DNA from: Thermodesulfovibrionia bacterium
GTDB lineage: Bacteria; Nitrospirota; Thermodesulfovibrionia; Thermodesulfovibrionales; SM23-35
DNA length: 31,444 bases
Direction of reading: 5' to 3'
Assembly (NCBI GenBank): GCA_041488675.1
Contig: JBGPPR010000001.1
Span: 1 to 31,444 of the forward strand
In this document: one piece after another, positions 11,601-23,348 of the stretch
Layout of the letters: each line of letters starts with the position of its first letter
How positions within the stretch are numbered: position 1 is the stretch's first letter
Program-made: the position numbers and the translations under genes
The notes under the pieces: generated by a model
Told to the model about the DNA's origin: nothing
The model's input: only the letters and a program-made list of their open reading frames with translations
Database searches by the model: none

Positions 11601-12710
11601 AAAGTAGAAATAGGACAGAGGCTCGTTGAGTGGGATCCTTACGCCACACCGATACTGACTGAGATCGGTGGGAAAGTGGCGCTCGGAGATATTGTTGAAG
11701 GGGTAACGGTGAAGGAAGAGGTTGATGAGACAACAGGCCTTTCCCACAAGGTTATCATCGAGTATCCTGCGACTATGAGGCCGAGGATATCAGTCAAGGA
11801 TGAACAGGGCAGGACAACAAAGATCCCGGGTACAAGCAATCTCGCGCGGTATCTCCTGCCTTCAGGCGCACACATACTCGTTGAAAAGAACGACGGTGTA
11901 CATCCGGGTGACATACTTGCAAAGATTCCAAGGGAGACTACAAAGACAAAGGATATAACCGGAGGACTTCCCAGAGTCGCCGAACTCTTTGAGGCGAGGC
12001 GGCCGAAGGAGCAGGCGATCGTCGCTGAGATAGGCGGCATGGTAGAGTTCAGAGGTGCACAGAAGGGAATGCGCGTTGTTGTTGTAAAGGGTGGAGATGA
12101 CGTGAGGGAATATCTGATACCGAAAGGCAAGCACGTCAGTGTTCATGAGGGTGACTGGGTAAGGGCCGGAGAACCGCTCATGGACGGTGCTGTGAATCCT
12201 CACAATATTCTTGACATCCTTGGACCGAAGGAGCTCCAGCGATATCTTGTTGATGAAGTCCAGAAAGTTTACCGGCTCCAGGGTGTTTCTATCAATGACA
12301 AACATATTGAAATTATTGTAAGGCAGATGATGAAGAAGGTAAGGATTGAGGACCCGGGTGATACGATGTTCCTCACAGGGGAACAGGTGGACAGGCCGCA
12401 GTTCCAGGAAGAGAATGCAGCAGTGAAGGCGCAAGGCGGCAAACCTGCACAGGGTAAGCCCCTTCTCCTTGGTATCACAAAGGCATCTCTGTCAACAGAC
12501 AGTTTTATCTCTGCTGCCTCTTTCCAGGAGACAACAAGGGTACTCACAGAGGGAGCAATCAATGGTGCTGTTGATGAACTCAGGGGACTCAAGGAGAATG
12601 TGATCATGGGAAGGGTCATCCCAGCCGGCACAGGAATGACAAAGTACAAGAATACCTTTGTGAAACGCGATCTCCAATTTTTGATTCCTGAACCCCAGCA
12701 GGCCGAATAA
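8607..12710 (+). CDS. rpoC: DNA-directed RNA polymerase subunit beta'
   Basis: 1367 aa, TTG start 2 nt after rpoB; catalytic [10 protein letters not shown], Zn-finger [20 protein letters not shown]. Confidence 0.99.
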   Translation: MAEEIYSIFQKPKNPLDFEAMRIRLASPEKIREWSYGEVKKPETINYRTFKPERDGLFCAKIFGPVKDWECICGKYRRMKHRGVVCDKCGVEVVQSKVRRERLGHIELASPVAHIWFLKGVPSRIGTLLDMTMRHLEKVLYFENYVVTDPGDTTLKEKELLSDDAKKKKDAEYGTRFKAGMGAEAIRELLRKVDIEALAVEIKMKVKEASSLGVKKKLTKRLRVVEAFRKSGNKPEWMIMDVIPVLPPDLRPLVPLEGGRFATSDLNDLYRRVINRNNRLKRLMELKAPSVIIKNEKRMLQEAVDALFDNGRRSKILKTTTKRLLKSLSDMIKGKQGRFRQNLLGKRVDYSGRTVIVVGPELRLHQCGLPKRMALELFKPFIFHKLEEKGYATTIKAAKKLVEKEESEVWDALEDVIREHPVLLNRAPTLHRLGIQAFDPVLVEGKAIKLHPLVCTAFNADFDGDQMAVHIPLSIEAQVEARVLMMSVNNILSPANGKPIIVPTQDMVLGIYFLTKERKGAKGEGRVFADPEDVRVAYDAGILEEHARIKVRMNGEFVDTTTGRILFSEILPKTIPFEMINRDITKKEIGKLIEFAYKRAGRRETVVFLDNLEKIGFQYATKSGISICMDDMHIPSKKARLIEIAQQEVIEVQKQYNEGLITHGERYNKVVDIWANATEKIADEMMKELGAEAGKPFSEEEVKERRSFNSIFMMADSGARGSTAQIRQLAGMRGLMAKPSGEIIETPIKANFREGLSPLEYFISTHGARKGLADTALKTANSGYLTRRLVDVSQDIIITEDDCGTTDGIVVSSLVEGGEIIQPLEERIFGRIAAEDIKDPVTKELVVKRNHEIDDELTQRVIDAGIDRVKIRSVLTCQSKYGVCTKCYGRDLARGEPVEIGETVGIIAAQSIGEPGTQLTMRTFHIGGAAARVVERTVLESKNPGIIKFININTVRNREGLSVVMNRNGSIAVVDPKGREKEKYSVVYGAKLLVENGQKVEIGQRLVEWDPYATPILTEIGGKVALGDIVEGVTVKEEVDETTGLSHKVIIEYPATMRPRISVKDEQGRTTKIPGTSNLARYLLPSGAHILVEKNDGVHPGDILAKIPRETTKTKDITGGLPRVAELFEARRPKEQAIVAEIGGMVEFRGAQKGMRVVVVKGGDDVREYLIPKGKHVSVHEGDWVRAGEPLMDGAVNPHNILDILGPKELQRYLVDEVQKVYRLQGVSINDKHIEIIVRQMMKKVRIEDPGDTMFLTGEQVDRPQFQEENAAVKAQGGKPAQGKPLLLGITKASLSTDSFISAASFQETTRVLTEGAINGAVDELRGLKENVIMGRVIPAGTGMTKYKNTFVKRDLQFLIPEPQQAE

Positions 12711-12719
12711 TAGATCCAT

Positions 12720-13202
12720 GTGAAGGATGAGGAAGAACAGGGAAGTCACCGCTTCATCGCTGATGTCATGCTCGGGAGACTTGCGCGATGGCTGAGACTC
12801 TTAGGATTTGATACACTCTACTATCCCGACATAGGCGACAACCAGCTCATCAGGATTGCGAAAGAGCAGGGACGGTTTATCTTAACGAGAGACACAGGTC
12901 TCGTAAGGATAAAAGGTATTGGGGATTACCTTCTCATGGAATCGAACGATTCCTTTCAGCAGCTCCTCGAGGTAATACGAGCACTGAACCTGAAAGACTT
13001 TCATCTTCTCAACAGGTGTGTTTCCTGTAACGGGCAGCTATCAAGGCTTTTGGACAAAACGGAGATAAAGGACGCAGTCCCAGATTTTGTTTTCCTGAAT
13101 TTCCATATTTTCCTCAAATGCGGTGGTTGCGGCAGGGTTTACTGGGAAGGGACTCATCCGAGACTGTTTAAGGAAAAACTGGCAAAGGTTCTTGACAGTT
13201 AA
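12720..13202 (+). CDS. Mut7-C RNase domain protein (DUF82, PIN-like fold with Zn ribbon)
   Basis: FIADVMLGRLARWLRLLGFDT, ILTRD, RCVSCN, CGGCGRVYWEGTH match the Mut7-C pattern; GTG start. Confidence 0.88.
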   Translation: MKDEEEQGSHRFIADVMLGRLARWLRLLGFDTLYYPDIGDNQLIRIAKEQGRFILTRDTGLVRIKGIGDYLLMESNDSFQQLLEVIRALNLKDFHLLNRCVSCNGQLSRLLDKTEIKDAVPDFVFLNFHIFLKCGGCGRVYWEGTHPRLFKEKLAKVLDS

Positions 13203-15907
13203 CCTCCTGTATAGGACTTCCTTCTCAGAATTGCTTTTATCGCCTCCATCGAGGCAAAGACAACAACACCGAAGCCTAAAATCATAACAAGGGTGGAAAC
13301 CGTGGGTTTCAGAATTCCAAAAGACTCCCGCACAGAAGGGATGTGGATTATAAAAGCTGTCAGGATAATCTGCGAGACGATTGCAAGGAGGAGCCATTTG
13401 TGTGGCGGCGCCTTGAAGATACTGTATCTCAGAGACCTGAAGTTCAGAGCGATGATGAGCTCTATAATGATAAAGAGAAAGAAGATCTCTGTCCTTGCGT
13501 ATGCCCTATCACCGAGTTCATGGAAAAAGAGAAAATAAAAGAAAGGGATCTCGATTACCAGTGCGAGCAAGATAAAAGCCATCACATCCCGTGAGAATAC
13601 GCTCTCCTTCGGGTCCCTCGGTGGCCGCTGCATGATATCAGGGTCAGGAGGTGCTACTCCTAAAGCGAGTGCCGGCAGTCCATCAGTGACTAAGTTTATA
13701 TACAATATAGCAGCAGGAAGAAGAGGGAGATACTCAGGCCCCTTGATGAGCACAACACCTCCGATAACTACCACTTCCGTGATATTACATCTGAGCAGAT
13801 AGGTAAGGTACTTTTTTATGTTGTCGTAAATCCACCGGCCGCGCTCTATAGCCTTTACTATGGTGGCGAAGTTGTCATCACTAAGAACCATATCGGATGC
13901 CTCTTTCGTGACCTCAGTGCCTGTTATTCCCATGGCTATACCTATGTCGGCATGTTTGAGGGCGGGGGCATCATTTACACCGTCACCGGTCATTGCAACC
14001 ACCTCACCTTTCCTCTTCCATGCCTTGACTATTTTTAACTTATCCATCGGTGATACCCTCGCATAGACAGTAACTTTGTCCACGATAGTCTCGAATTTTT
14101 CATCAGACAACCTTTCCAATGCTTCACCAGTCAGTACGATATCGCCTTCCTTGTAAATACCGATTTCCTTTGCCACAGCTACAGCAGTGAGCTCATGATC
14201 ACCCGTAATCATTATTGGTCTGATGTGCACCTGTTTGCATACCTTTATAGCCTCCATCGCCTCATCCCGCGGCGGATCAATCATTCCGGCGAGGCCCAGG
14301 AATATCATGTCCTGTTCGACCTGTTCCTCCGCGTATGTGCTCCCTTCCGGAAGATATTTCTGAGCAACTGCAAGAACCCTCAAAGCACCCTGTGCCATCT
14401 CTTCATTAATTTTCAGGATCTGTTTCTTCTCTGCTTCATTAAGCTCCTTTATCCCGCCATCTTTTAGGACATGAGAACACTGCTCCAAAACCACTTCCGG
14501 CGCTCCCTTTGTAAATGCAACTGTTTTCCCTTCTTTCATCTGATTGATGGTGGTCATCCTTTTTCTCTCGGAGCTGAAAGGTATCTCTTCAGTCCTTGGA
14601 TTTTCAAGACGTACCTCAGCTTGATGCAAGTTTGCCTTTGCTGCTGCAACGACAAGAGCTCCTTCTGTAGGGTCCCCCTTTATCGTCCATTTGCCATCCA
14701 CTTTTTCCATGGAGGCATCGTTGCAAAGAAGTCCTCCCATTAGGAATGTCCGAATTATTTCACTCTTCATTGCAGCCGCGACATCATACCCTTTGAATTC
14801 TCCAACAGGCGCATAGCCGGCACCTGTAACCTCGATCGTTCTGCCACCTGTGAATATCTTCCTGACAGTCATCTCTCCCTTCGTGAGAGTACCTGTCTTG
14901 TCCGAGCATATTACCGTTGTACAACCCAGGGTCTCTACAGCGGGCATTTTCCGTATCAGGGCATTTCTCCCGGCCATCTGGTGCATGCCAATGGCAAGGG
15001 TGCCTGTGACAATTGCTGCCAGGGCCTCAGGGACTGCTGCTACAGCGAGGGAGACGGCAAACATTACCATACCCACGATGAAGCCTGCATCGATCTTCCC
15101 GTTCAGTGACTCTCTGAAAATGCTTATTCCTGCGACGAGAAAGCAGAGGACGAGAGAAATGATACCGAGCCACTTGCCGATCTCATTCGTCCTTTTCTCC
15201 AGAGGTGTCTTTTTTGGCTCGACTGCTGTCACTTCTTTGGCAATTTTTCCAAATTCCGTATTCATCCCTGTTGAGGTGACAACGGCTTTTCCCCTGCCGT
15301 ACGTGATTATCGTTCCTGCAAAGACCATATTGCGCCGGTCATTTATAGCTACGTCTTCTGGTAGCTCCTTTGCGTGTTTCTTTACGGGGACAGACTCCCC
15401 TGTGAGTGACGCCTCATCACTTTTCAATGAATGGACTTCAATCAACCTGGCATCTGCAGGAATCTTGTCTCCGGCCTCAAGGATGAGGATATCCCCCGGG
15501 ACGAGATTTTTTGTAGGTATCTCCTCCTCCCTGCCTTCTCTCAAAACAGTTATGTTCGGAGAGAGCATCTTTTTCAATGCCTCAATCGCGTGCTCTGCCT
15601 TGTACTCCTGGATGAATCCCAGCAATGCACAGAAAGTTACGATTACGAGAATGAGTACGGCATCGAATAGTTCCCCGACAAGGGCTGAAAGGACAGTAGC
15701 TATGAGGAGAATAAGGATGAGAACGTTTTTGAACTGATTGGTGAAAATGGCGAGGGGAGAAACTCTCTCTTCTTTTTTCAGTTCATTGTAGCCATGCTTC
15801 TCAATGCGGTTTTCTACCTCTTGAGAAGTCAGACCATTCTGAGGATCGGTATTCAGTTCCTTTAGAATCTGTGATACATCCATCAAATGCCAAATGATTT
15901 CTCTCAT
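13199..15907 (-). CDS. Cation-translocating P-type ATPase, P2A (SERCA-like, probable Ca2+ pump)
   Basis: TGES, PEAL, DKTGTLT phosphorylation site, KGAPE, TGD, GDGVNDAPALK, NLVTDGLPA; about 10 TM helices. Confidence 0.95.
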   Translation of the reverse strand: MREIIWHLMDVSQILKELNTDPQNGLTSQEVENRIEKHGYNELKKEERVSPLAIFTNQFKNVLILILLIATVLSALVGELFDAVLILVIVTFCALLGFIQEYKAEHAIEALKKMLSPNITVLREGREEEIPTKNLVPGDILILEAGDKIPADARLIEVHSLKSDEASLTGESVPVKKHAKELPEDVAINDRRNMVFAGTIITYGRGKAVVTSTGMNTEFGKIAKEVTAVEPKKTPLEKRTNEIGKWLGIISLVLCFLVAGISIFRESLNGKIDAGFIVGMVMFAVSLAVAAVPEALAAIVTGTLAIGMHQMAGRNALIRKMPAVETLGCTTVICSDKTGTLTKGEMTVRKIFTGGRTIEVTGAGYAPVGEFKGYDVAAAMKSEIIRTFLMGGLLCNDASMEKVDGKWTIKGDPTEGALVVAAAKANLHQAEVRLENPRTEEIPFSSERKRMTTINQMKEGKTVAFTKGAPEVVLEQCSHVLKDGGIKELNEAEKKQILKINEEMAQGALRVLAVAQKYLPEGSTYAEEQVEQDMIFLGLAGMIDPPRDEAMEAIKVCKQVHIRPIMITGDHELTAVAVAKEIGIYKEGDIVLTGEALERLSDEKFETIVDKVTVYARVSPMDKLKIVKAWKRKGEVVAMTGDGVNDAPALKHADIGIAMGITGTEVTKEASDMVLSDDNFATIVKAIERGRWIYDNIKKYLTYLLRCNITEVVVIGGVVLIKGPEYLPLLPAAILYINLVTDGLPALALGVAPPDPDIMQRPPRDPKESVFSRDVMAFILLALVIEIPFFYFLFFHELGDRAYARTEIFFLFIIIELIIALNFRSLRYSIFKAPPHKWLLLAIVSQIILTAFIIHIPSVRESFGILKPTVSTLVMILGFGVVVFASMEAIKAILRRKSYTGG

Positions 15908-15977
15908 AAATCTCTCTTGATTTTACTGAATCCTTTTTGTTGTGTTCATTTTAATATACCAAGCTAAGAAGTAAGTC

Positions 15978-16007
15978 ATTATACCAGAAGACTAAAGACG
16001 TTCTGAA
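15978..16007 (-). promoter_or_regulatory. Putative sigma70 promoter for the ATPase
   Basis: Minus strand TTCAGA-N18-TATAAT with extended -10 (TGG TATAAT), 70 nt upstream of ATG. Confidence 0.5.
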
Positions 16008-16161
16008 TTTATGATATCGAATCTCATATCTGATTGAAACCCTCACTTAACTGCAGGGGCAATACGAAATTGCGATCATCTCTGATGCACAGCGGCAAAC
16101 TATTGTGGAGTTTTTATCGCGCTCTCTGACTTATGAACTGTGGCTCTTTTGTACTTTTGGA

Positions 16162-17145
16162 CTAATACAATCCCATTGCATCCCGCACAAGCTGCATAGT
16201 CTCTTCTACTGACTTTTTTGCCTTGTCCGTCCCTTTCTTGACGATGTCAAAGAGTACGTCCGGATTCGCAATGAGCTCATTGCGTTTTTTCCAGATCGGA
16301 TCCATAACTGTGAAGATATTCTTAAGGAGAACCTTCTTGCAGTCAATACAGCCAATACCTGCAGTTGCGCATCCTGTCCCAACCTCCTCGATCTCCTTTT
16401 CTGACGAGAAGACCTTATGGATCTGATATACGGGCGAGAGTTCAGGATTTCCCGGGTCTGTCCTTTTCACCCGTGCGGGATCGGTCATCATTGTCATGAT
16501 TTTCTGTTGAACCACTTCAGGACTATCAGAGAGGAATATTGCGTTGTCATAACTCTTGGACATTTTCCTCCCGTCAACACCCACCACTTTTGGAAACTCT
16601 GTAAGTAATGCCTCTGGTTCAGGAAAGGTTTCTCTGTAGAGGTGATTAAAACGCCTTGCTATCTCTCTGCTTATCTCGAGGTGCGGCACCTGATCAATCC
16701 CCACAGGAACATATTTTGCCCTGTATATCAGGATGTCTGCTGTCTGAAGCAGGGGATATCCGAGGAACCCATAGGTTGATAGATCTTTGTCCTTGAGTTC
16801 CTGCTGTTTTTCTTTGTAGGTAGGAACTCTTTCGAGCCAGCCAAGAGGTGTTATCATTGAGAGGAGCAGGTGCAGTTCTGCATGTTCGGGAATCTTAGAC
16901 TGGAGGAAGATCGTGCATTTTTCGGGGTCAAGGCCTGCCGCGAGAAAGTTGATGAAGATGTCTTTTGTGGATTCCCGTATGAATGAAGGGTCTGAATACA
17001 TTGTTGTTAAAGCGTGCCAGTCTGCGACGAAATAATAACAATCATATTGATCCTGAAGCCTGACCCAGTTACTCAGTGCACCCACCAGGTTACCCAGGTG
17101 TAGTCTGCCGCTCGCCTGCATCCCGCTCAAGACTCTGTCTTTCAC
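16162..17145 (-). CDS. trpS: Tryptophan--tRNA ligase
   Basis: SGMQASGRLHLGN (HIGH), YPLLQTADIL, VPVGIDQVPH, KMSKS; GTG start overlapping the upstream TGA. Confidence 0.98.
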   Translation of the reverse strand: MKDRVLSGMQASGRLHLGNLVGALSNWVRLQDQYDCYYFVADWHALTTMYSDPSFIRESTKDIFINFLAAGLDPEKCTIFLQSKIPEHAELHLLLSMITPLGWLERVPTYKEKQQELKDKDLSTYGFLGYPLLQTADILIYRAKYVPVGIDQVPHLEISREIARRFNHLYRETFPEPEALLTEFPKVVGVDGRKMSKSYDNAIFLSDSPEVVQQKIMTMMTDPARVKRTDPGNPELSPVYQIHKVFSSEKEIEEVGTGCATAGIGCIDCKKVLLKNIFTVMDPIWKKRNELIANPDVLFDIVKKGTDKAKKSVEETMQLVRDAMGLY

Positions 17146-17837
17146 ATTAAACCTCCAAAGGGTAAAAGAAATATTCGAAGGATGATCTCAATAAAAGCCT
17201 GTATCGGCACAATAATATAATGAGCTATCCCTGTAAACCAGAGGGCGAGCACAATTAGAATACCATAAGGTTCAAGCTTGCTGAAGTGATAAGAATATTT
17301 TGTCGGCAGGAGGCTTGCGACTATTCTTCCCCCGTCGAGCGGCGGAACAGGAAAAAGGTTAAAGGCAGCGATAAAAAGATTGAACTTTATACTGTAATCA
17401 AACATGAGTGAAAGAGGAATCACAATCCTCTGAACAGCAGATGCTGAAGATGTGGAGGAAGGGAAAATCTTGAGAATAAGAGTAAGAAATAATATACCGG
17501 CAAGAGCGAGAACAACATTCATGGCCGGTCCCGCAGCAGAAACAATAGCCGAGTCCCGTCTCGGGTGTCTCAGATTGTGGAAGTTCACAGGAACGGGTTT
17601 GGCCGTTCCGAATATGAAGGATCCGTTTGATAATATAAAAAGCATCACAGGAACGACTACTGTTCCAATGGGGTCGATATGCACGAGCGGATTAAAGGAA
17701 AGCCTTCCCATCATCCTGGCTGTTGGGTCCCCCAATTTGTTTGCGACAAAACCGTGGGCAACCTCATGAAAGGTTATTGCAAACAAAATAGGAATAGCGG
17801 CTATGATGAGGTGCTGTACCGTAGAGGCGACGTCCAA
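17142..17837 (-). CDS. Site-2 protease family (M50) membrane metalloprotease
   Basis: HEVAH (HExxH), LGDPT, AAGPAMN, NLFPVPPLDG; coupled to trpS; TTG start. Confidence 0.93.
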   Translation of the reverse strand: MDVASTVQHLIIAAIPILFAITFHEVAHGFVANKLGDPTARMMGRLSFNPLVHIDPIGTVVVPVMLFILSNGSFIFGTAKPVPVNFHNLRHPRRDSAIVSAAGPAMNVVLALAGILFLTLILKIFPSSTSSASAVQRIVIPLSLMFDYSIKFNLFIAAFNLFPVPPLDGGRIVASLLPTKYSYHFSKLEPYGILIVLALWFTGIAHYIIVPIQAFIEIILRIFLLPFGGLM

Positions 17838-17850
17838 ACAAAAAACCTTT

Positions 17851-19512
17851 CTAAACAGGATGCAGAATCTGGTCGATCACGATTCTTGCCGACACAAGAG
17901 GATCTATGAAGATGCTGTCCATATCCTGTTCCAAATCCCTTTTGTTGGATAAATATGTAATACGGTCCTGCATCCTGTCACGGAGGAAGCTCAGATAAGC
18001 AGGTTCTCTCGTTGGTTTGTATTTCTTGTCATAATCGTTGCCAAAAAGCTCTTTCCCATTCTTGGGTAAGAGAAGCCCCTGAAACGCCCTCCATTCCCTC
18101 CACTCAATATTTCCCCGCACCAGTTCTGTGACAATTGGGAGGGAAAGTTCTTTTGGAATGTCAATGAGATTCCCGGGGAGTCCGAAGGCATGGGTATTCA
18201 GGATATAGCACTCTGTTCCGAGCTTGAATAACTTCGTGAATTGCACGCAGTCTACAAGGAGAGGATGAACCCTGAAGGGGTTTGCAAAAGGTTCGATGAC
18301 GAGCCTTTCAAGTTCCTTAGGGTCGACATTTTCTACTCCCTTTGCACGCAAAGTGCTCAGCGATGCGCCTATGGCTACTGCAAGATTTGTCGAATTAACC
18401 TTGCAGATGGGAGGGATGCTTGTATCCTTCTGGAGCCAGATAACCATCCCGGGTCTTTCGCATGAATCGTCATGGTTAAACATGTCTCTTGTTTTCAGGC
18501 AACGGCCATTGTCATTCCTGATATCGGAGCAGACAATCCTCTTGTTCCCACCGGGCCGCTCTGTTACGGCTACATTTTGAGCTGAGTAGAAATATTTGAT
18601 TATGGGGTCCTGAAAGACAACCGCATCTGTCTTATCAAAGAGACTTGGCTCAAGGGCAACAGTAAAGTCATGCTCAAGGTCGATCAGGAACGCATCATCG
18701 TGGACAACAGTGACCTTTTCATTCTTCCTCAATGTTCCCGCATGATCATGGCTATTGGTAATAGAAGATTTCCCCGAACCTGAGAGACCGAATACTGCTA
18801 CGGGCGGCTTATTTCCAATTTTCTTGATACCGCCGTGGCAGGCAACCATATTTTGACGCACACCGATAGTCCAGGCAAGGGTAAGGGTACCTTTTTTCCT
18901 TTCACCAAAATACCGGAGTCCTAAAATAGCAATGCAGTTCTGTATCTCATCGATGATGACCAGTCCATTGGGGAAATCGGGATGGGACCATTCAGGGTCA
19001 GCAAAAACCAGGATGTCCGGTTCATCCAACGCCCGCGATTTCGCATACAGATCGCTCCACGGTTTCATCCAGGGGGTAAAATTAAATCCCCAGTCGAGCA
19101 TGTTCTTGGCATCTGTCACCGGACTCAAGAGATGGGCCTTAACCATAAAATCATGATGGAGGCCGACAATTCCTTCAAGCCACAATGCCTCACGGCGGTT
19201 CAAATTATATATTGCCTCTCCCAATAAATAGAGATACTTGTCTCTGTCTTTTCCCATCTCCCGGACCAGTCTCCTTGCTCTGGCTGTGCGGCCTACAATA
19301 CCTCCGTCATTGGAGATGAGGACCTTAGCGTTCTTGGGGAGACCAAACTGTTCAGGCTTGTAAAGCGGCTCAGAGGTTGTTACCACTTCCGGTTGTTTAA
19401 CGGCAAGCTTATAAAGTTCAGCCATTGTCGTCTTTCGAACAGAGTTCGAAAAAAAAGCGCTCTCGATGTATGCCCTCCACGAAGAGCCTGGAAGCTTGTG
19501 CACTGACGCCAT
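17851..19512 (-). CDS. pckA: Phosphoenolpyruvate carboxykinase (ATP), divergent subgroup
   Basis: VGRTAR, YFGERKKG, ACHGG, GLSGSGKSS, HDD, NGR, ANPF, YILNT align to ATP-PEPCK catalytic motifs. Start moved to ATG 19512, 11 nt after AAGGAGG (19524-19530); 553 aa. Confidence 0.8.
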   Translation of the reverse strand: MASVHKLPGSSWRAYIESAFFSNSVRKTTMAELYKLAVKQPEVVTTSEPLYKPEQFGLPKNAKVLISNDGGIVGRTARARRLVREMGKDRDKYLYLLGEAIYNLNRREALWLEGIVGLHHDFMVKAHLLSPVTDAKNMLDWGFNFTPWMKPWSDLYAKSRALDEPDILVFADPEWSHPDFPNGLVIIDEIQNCIAILGLRYFGERKKGTLTLAWTIGVRQNMVACHGGIKKIGNKPPVAVFGLSGSGKSSITNSHDHAGTLRKNEKVTVVHDDAFLIDLEHDFTVALEPSLFDKTDAVVFQDPIIKYFYSAQNVAVTERPGGNKRIVCSDIRNDNGRCLKTRDMFNHDDSCERPGMVIWLQKDTSIPPICKVNSTNLAVAIGASLSTLRAKGVENVDPKELERLVIEPFANPFRVHPLLVDCVQFTKLFKLGTECYILNTHAFGLPGNLIDIPKELSLPIVTELVRGNIEWREWRAFQGLLLPKNGKELFGNDYDKKYKPTREPAYLSFLRDRMQDRITYLSNKRDLEQDMDSIFIDPLVSARIVIDQILHPV

Positions 19513-19545
19513 ATCTATCTTTTCCTCCTTTTCTCCTAAGTAAAA

Positions 19546-19598
19546 ACTATACTGGTTGAGGAAAGGTATTGTCAAGACAGGGGATAGAATTATATAAT
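19546..19598. promoter_or_regulatory. Putative bidirectional sigma70 promoter with overlapping -35 boxes
   Basis: + strand TTGTCA(19569-74)-N18-TATAAT(19593-98); - strand TTGACA(19575-70)-N18-TATAGT(19551-46). Confidence 0.65.
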
Positions 19599-19611
19599 TA
19601 GTAATTAAATT

Positions 19612-22055
<2,444 letters not shown>

Positions 22056-22057
22056 CA

Positions 22058-22885
22058 TTGACCAGAGAAATAAACATAGGAAATGCAAGACTTGGAGGCA
22101 ATAATCCACTTTTCATCATTGCAGGTCCCTGTGTTATTGAAAGCCAGGATGTTGTTTTTTATACTGCGGAAAAACTGAAAGAAATATGCCGGAGAGTTGG
22201 ACTTTCCTTTATTTTTAAGAGTTCTTATGATAAATCCAACAGGACATCCCTTTCCTCATTCAGGGGCCCGGGAATGGAAAAGGGATTAAAGATGCTTTCT
22301 GATGTCAGGAGCAAATTCAATGTTCCGGTAATTTCTGATGTCCATGCAATAGAGGAGATTAAACCTGCCTCTCAGGTTCTTGATGCTCTTCAGATACCTG
22401 CTTTTTTGAGCAGACAAACTGATTTAATCCTTGCAGCATCCCGCACGGGCAAACCTGTGAATATCAAGAAAGGCCAGTTCCTTGCCCCCTGGGATGTTAA
22501 AAATATCATTGATAAATTTACCTCTACAGGCAATCAAAACCTTTTCATTACAGAGAGGGGAACATCCTTTGGATATAATAATCTTGTTGTCGACTTCAGA
22601 GGATTAACCATTATGAAGTCTTTTGGATATCCCATTCTTTTTGATGTGACTCACAGCCTGCAACTTCCAGGCGGAAAGGGAAACTCCTCGGGAGGGCAGA
22701 GGGAATTTGCAGAACCTCTTGCAAGGGCAGCTGCAGCAGTTGGAGTAGACGGGCTCTTCATCGAGGTCCATCCTGATCCTGACAGGGCATTGTGTGACGG
22801 ACCAAATATGGTTTCAGTAGATAGTGTCCTTGCTCTTTTGAGGACGGTGGAAAATATTCACACGGCAGTCTTTCCCCAGAGATAG
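22058..22885 (+). CDS. kdsA: KDO 8-phosphate synthase (probably metal-dependent: AGPC Cys, DVTHS, CDG)
   Basis: IAGPCVIE, SYDKSNRTS, QIPAFLSRQTDL, NIKKGQFL, ERGTSFGY; TTG start. Confidence 0.98.
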   Translation: MTREINIGNARLGGNNPLFIIAGPCVIESQDVVFYTAEKLKEICRRVGLSFIFKSSYDKSNRTSLSSFRGPGMEKGLKMLSDVRSKFNVPVISDVHAIEEIKPASQVLDALQIPAFLSRQTDLILAASRTGKPVNIKKGQFLAPWDVKNIIDKFTSTGNQNLFITERGTSFGYNNLVVDFRGLTIMKSFGYPILFDVTHSLQLPGGKGNSSGGQREFAEPLARAAAAVGVDGLFIEVHPDPDRALCDGPNMVSVDSVLALLRTVENIHTAVFPQR

Positions 22886-22915
22886 TTTTACGGATTGCGT
22901 GAACTGCAAAAATTT

Positions 22916-23269
22916 ATGGAAATAAAATATTTTTTCTATTTCTTGACGGGTGGGATCGTTGTGAGTGTCGTTACCTTTTTCGCCAGCCATGCAAAAGGTC
23001 TGCTGGCAGCCTTCCTCGCAAATTTACCGGTTGTGACAATGATAACGTTTTTGACCATTTATTTTGAATCCGGACAGAAGGCTGTCGTTTCATATGCTGA
23101 GGGGCTTATCATCATGCTCTTCCCCTGGCTTGCTTATATATTTTCTGTAGTCTTTTTGACAAGGAGAACAGGATTCCTTCCCGCACTGATTATCGGAATT
23201 TCCCTCTACCTTGTATGCGCCTATTTCATAATGAATGCAAAAAAATATTCTGATGAAGCGTTTTTTTGA
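22916..23269 (+). CDS. DUF3147/GlpM-like small membrane protein
   Basis: About 4 TM helices; FLTGGIVVS..., LAAFLANLP pattern; start may be ATG 22916 or TTG 22895. Confidence 0.6.
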   Translation: MEIKYFFYFLTGGIVVSVVTFFASHAKGLLAAFLANLPVVTMITFLTIYFESGQKAVVSYAEGLIIMLFPWLAYIFSVVFLTRRTGFLPALIIGISLYLVCAYFIMNAKKYSDEAFF

Positions 23270-23311
23270 CAATTATCCAAGGCAAGAAGCATATCCTGTT
23301 TCTTGAACGGC

Positions 23312-23338
23312 ATGAGATTTTTCATATGAAAAGCTCAT
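23312..23338. promoter_or_regulatory. Palindromic candidate operator upstream of the kdsD promoter
   Basis: ATGAG-AT-TTTTCATATGAAAA-G-CTCAT; perfect 14-bp core 23319-23332. Confidence 0.45.
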
Positions 23339-23348
23339 ATTAGAAGGC

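Noticed and set aside
14850-15737. 295-aa + strand ORF and the many other antisense/alternate-frame ORFs over tuf, rpoB, rpoC, the ATPase, pyrG etc.
   Set aside because: Shadow frames of well-supported genes; no recognisable motifs or SD
16087-16100. GCACAGCGGCAAAC resembling the 5' part of a c-di-GMP-I riboswitch
   Set aside because: No GNRA-capped P2 or following GACGCAAAG/P3, and no + strand gene downstream
15908-16161. Possible yybP-ykoY (Mn2+) riboswitch before the P-type ATPase; three small hairpins on the minus strand (~16015-16073)
   Set aside because: No GGGGAGUA/GAGACC-type consensus visible; stems are only 4-5 bp and lie upstream of the predicted promoter. An Rfam search would settle it.
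1472-17145. Functional link between tRNA-Trp and trpS in the same window
   Set aside because: About 15 kb apart, on opposite strands, each in its own commonly conserved context; likely coincidence
19513-19575. 21-aa N-terminal extension of PEPCK from TTG 19575
   Set aside because: That TTG is the -35 box itself; the strong SD points to ATG 19512
23266-23297. TTGACA at the DUF3147 stop as a promoter
   Set aside because: No acceptable -10 at 16-18 nt spacing
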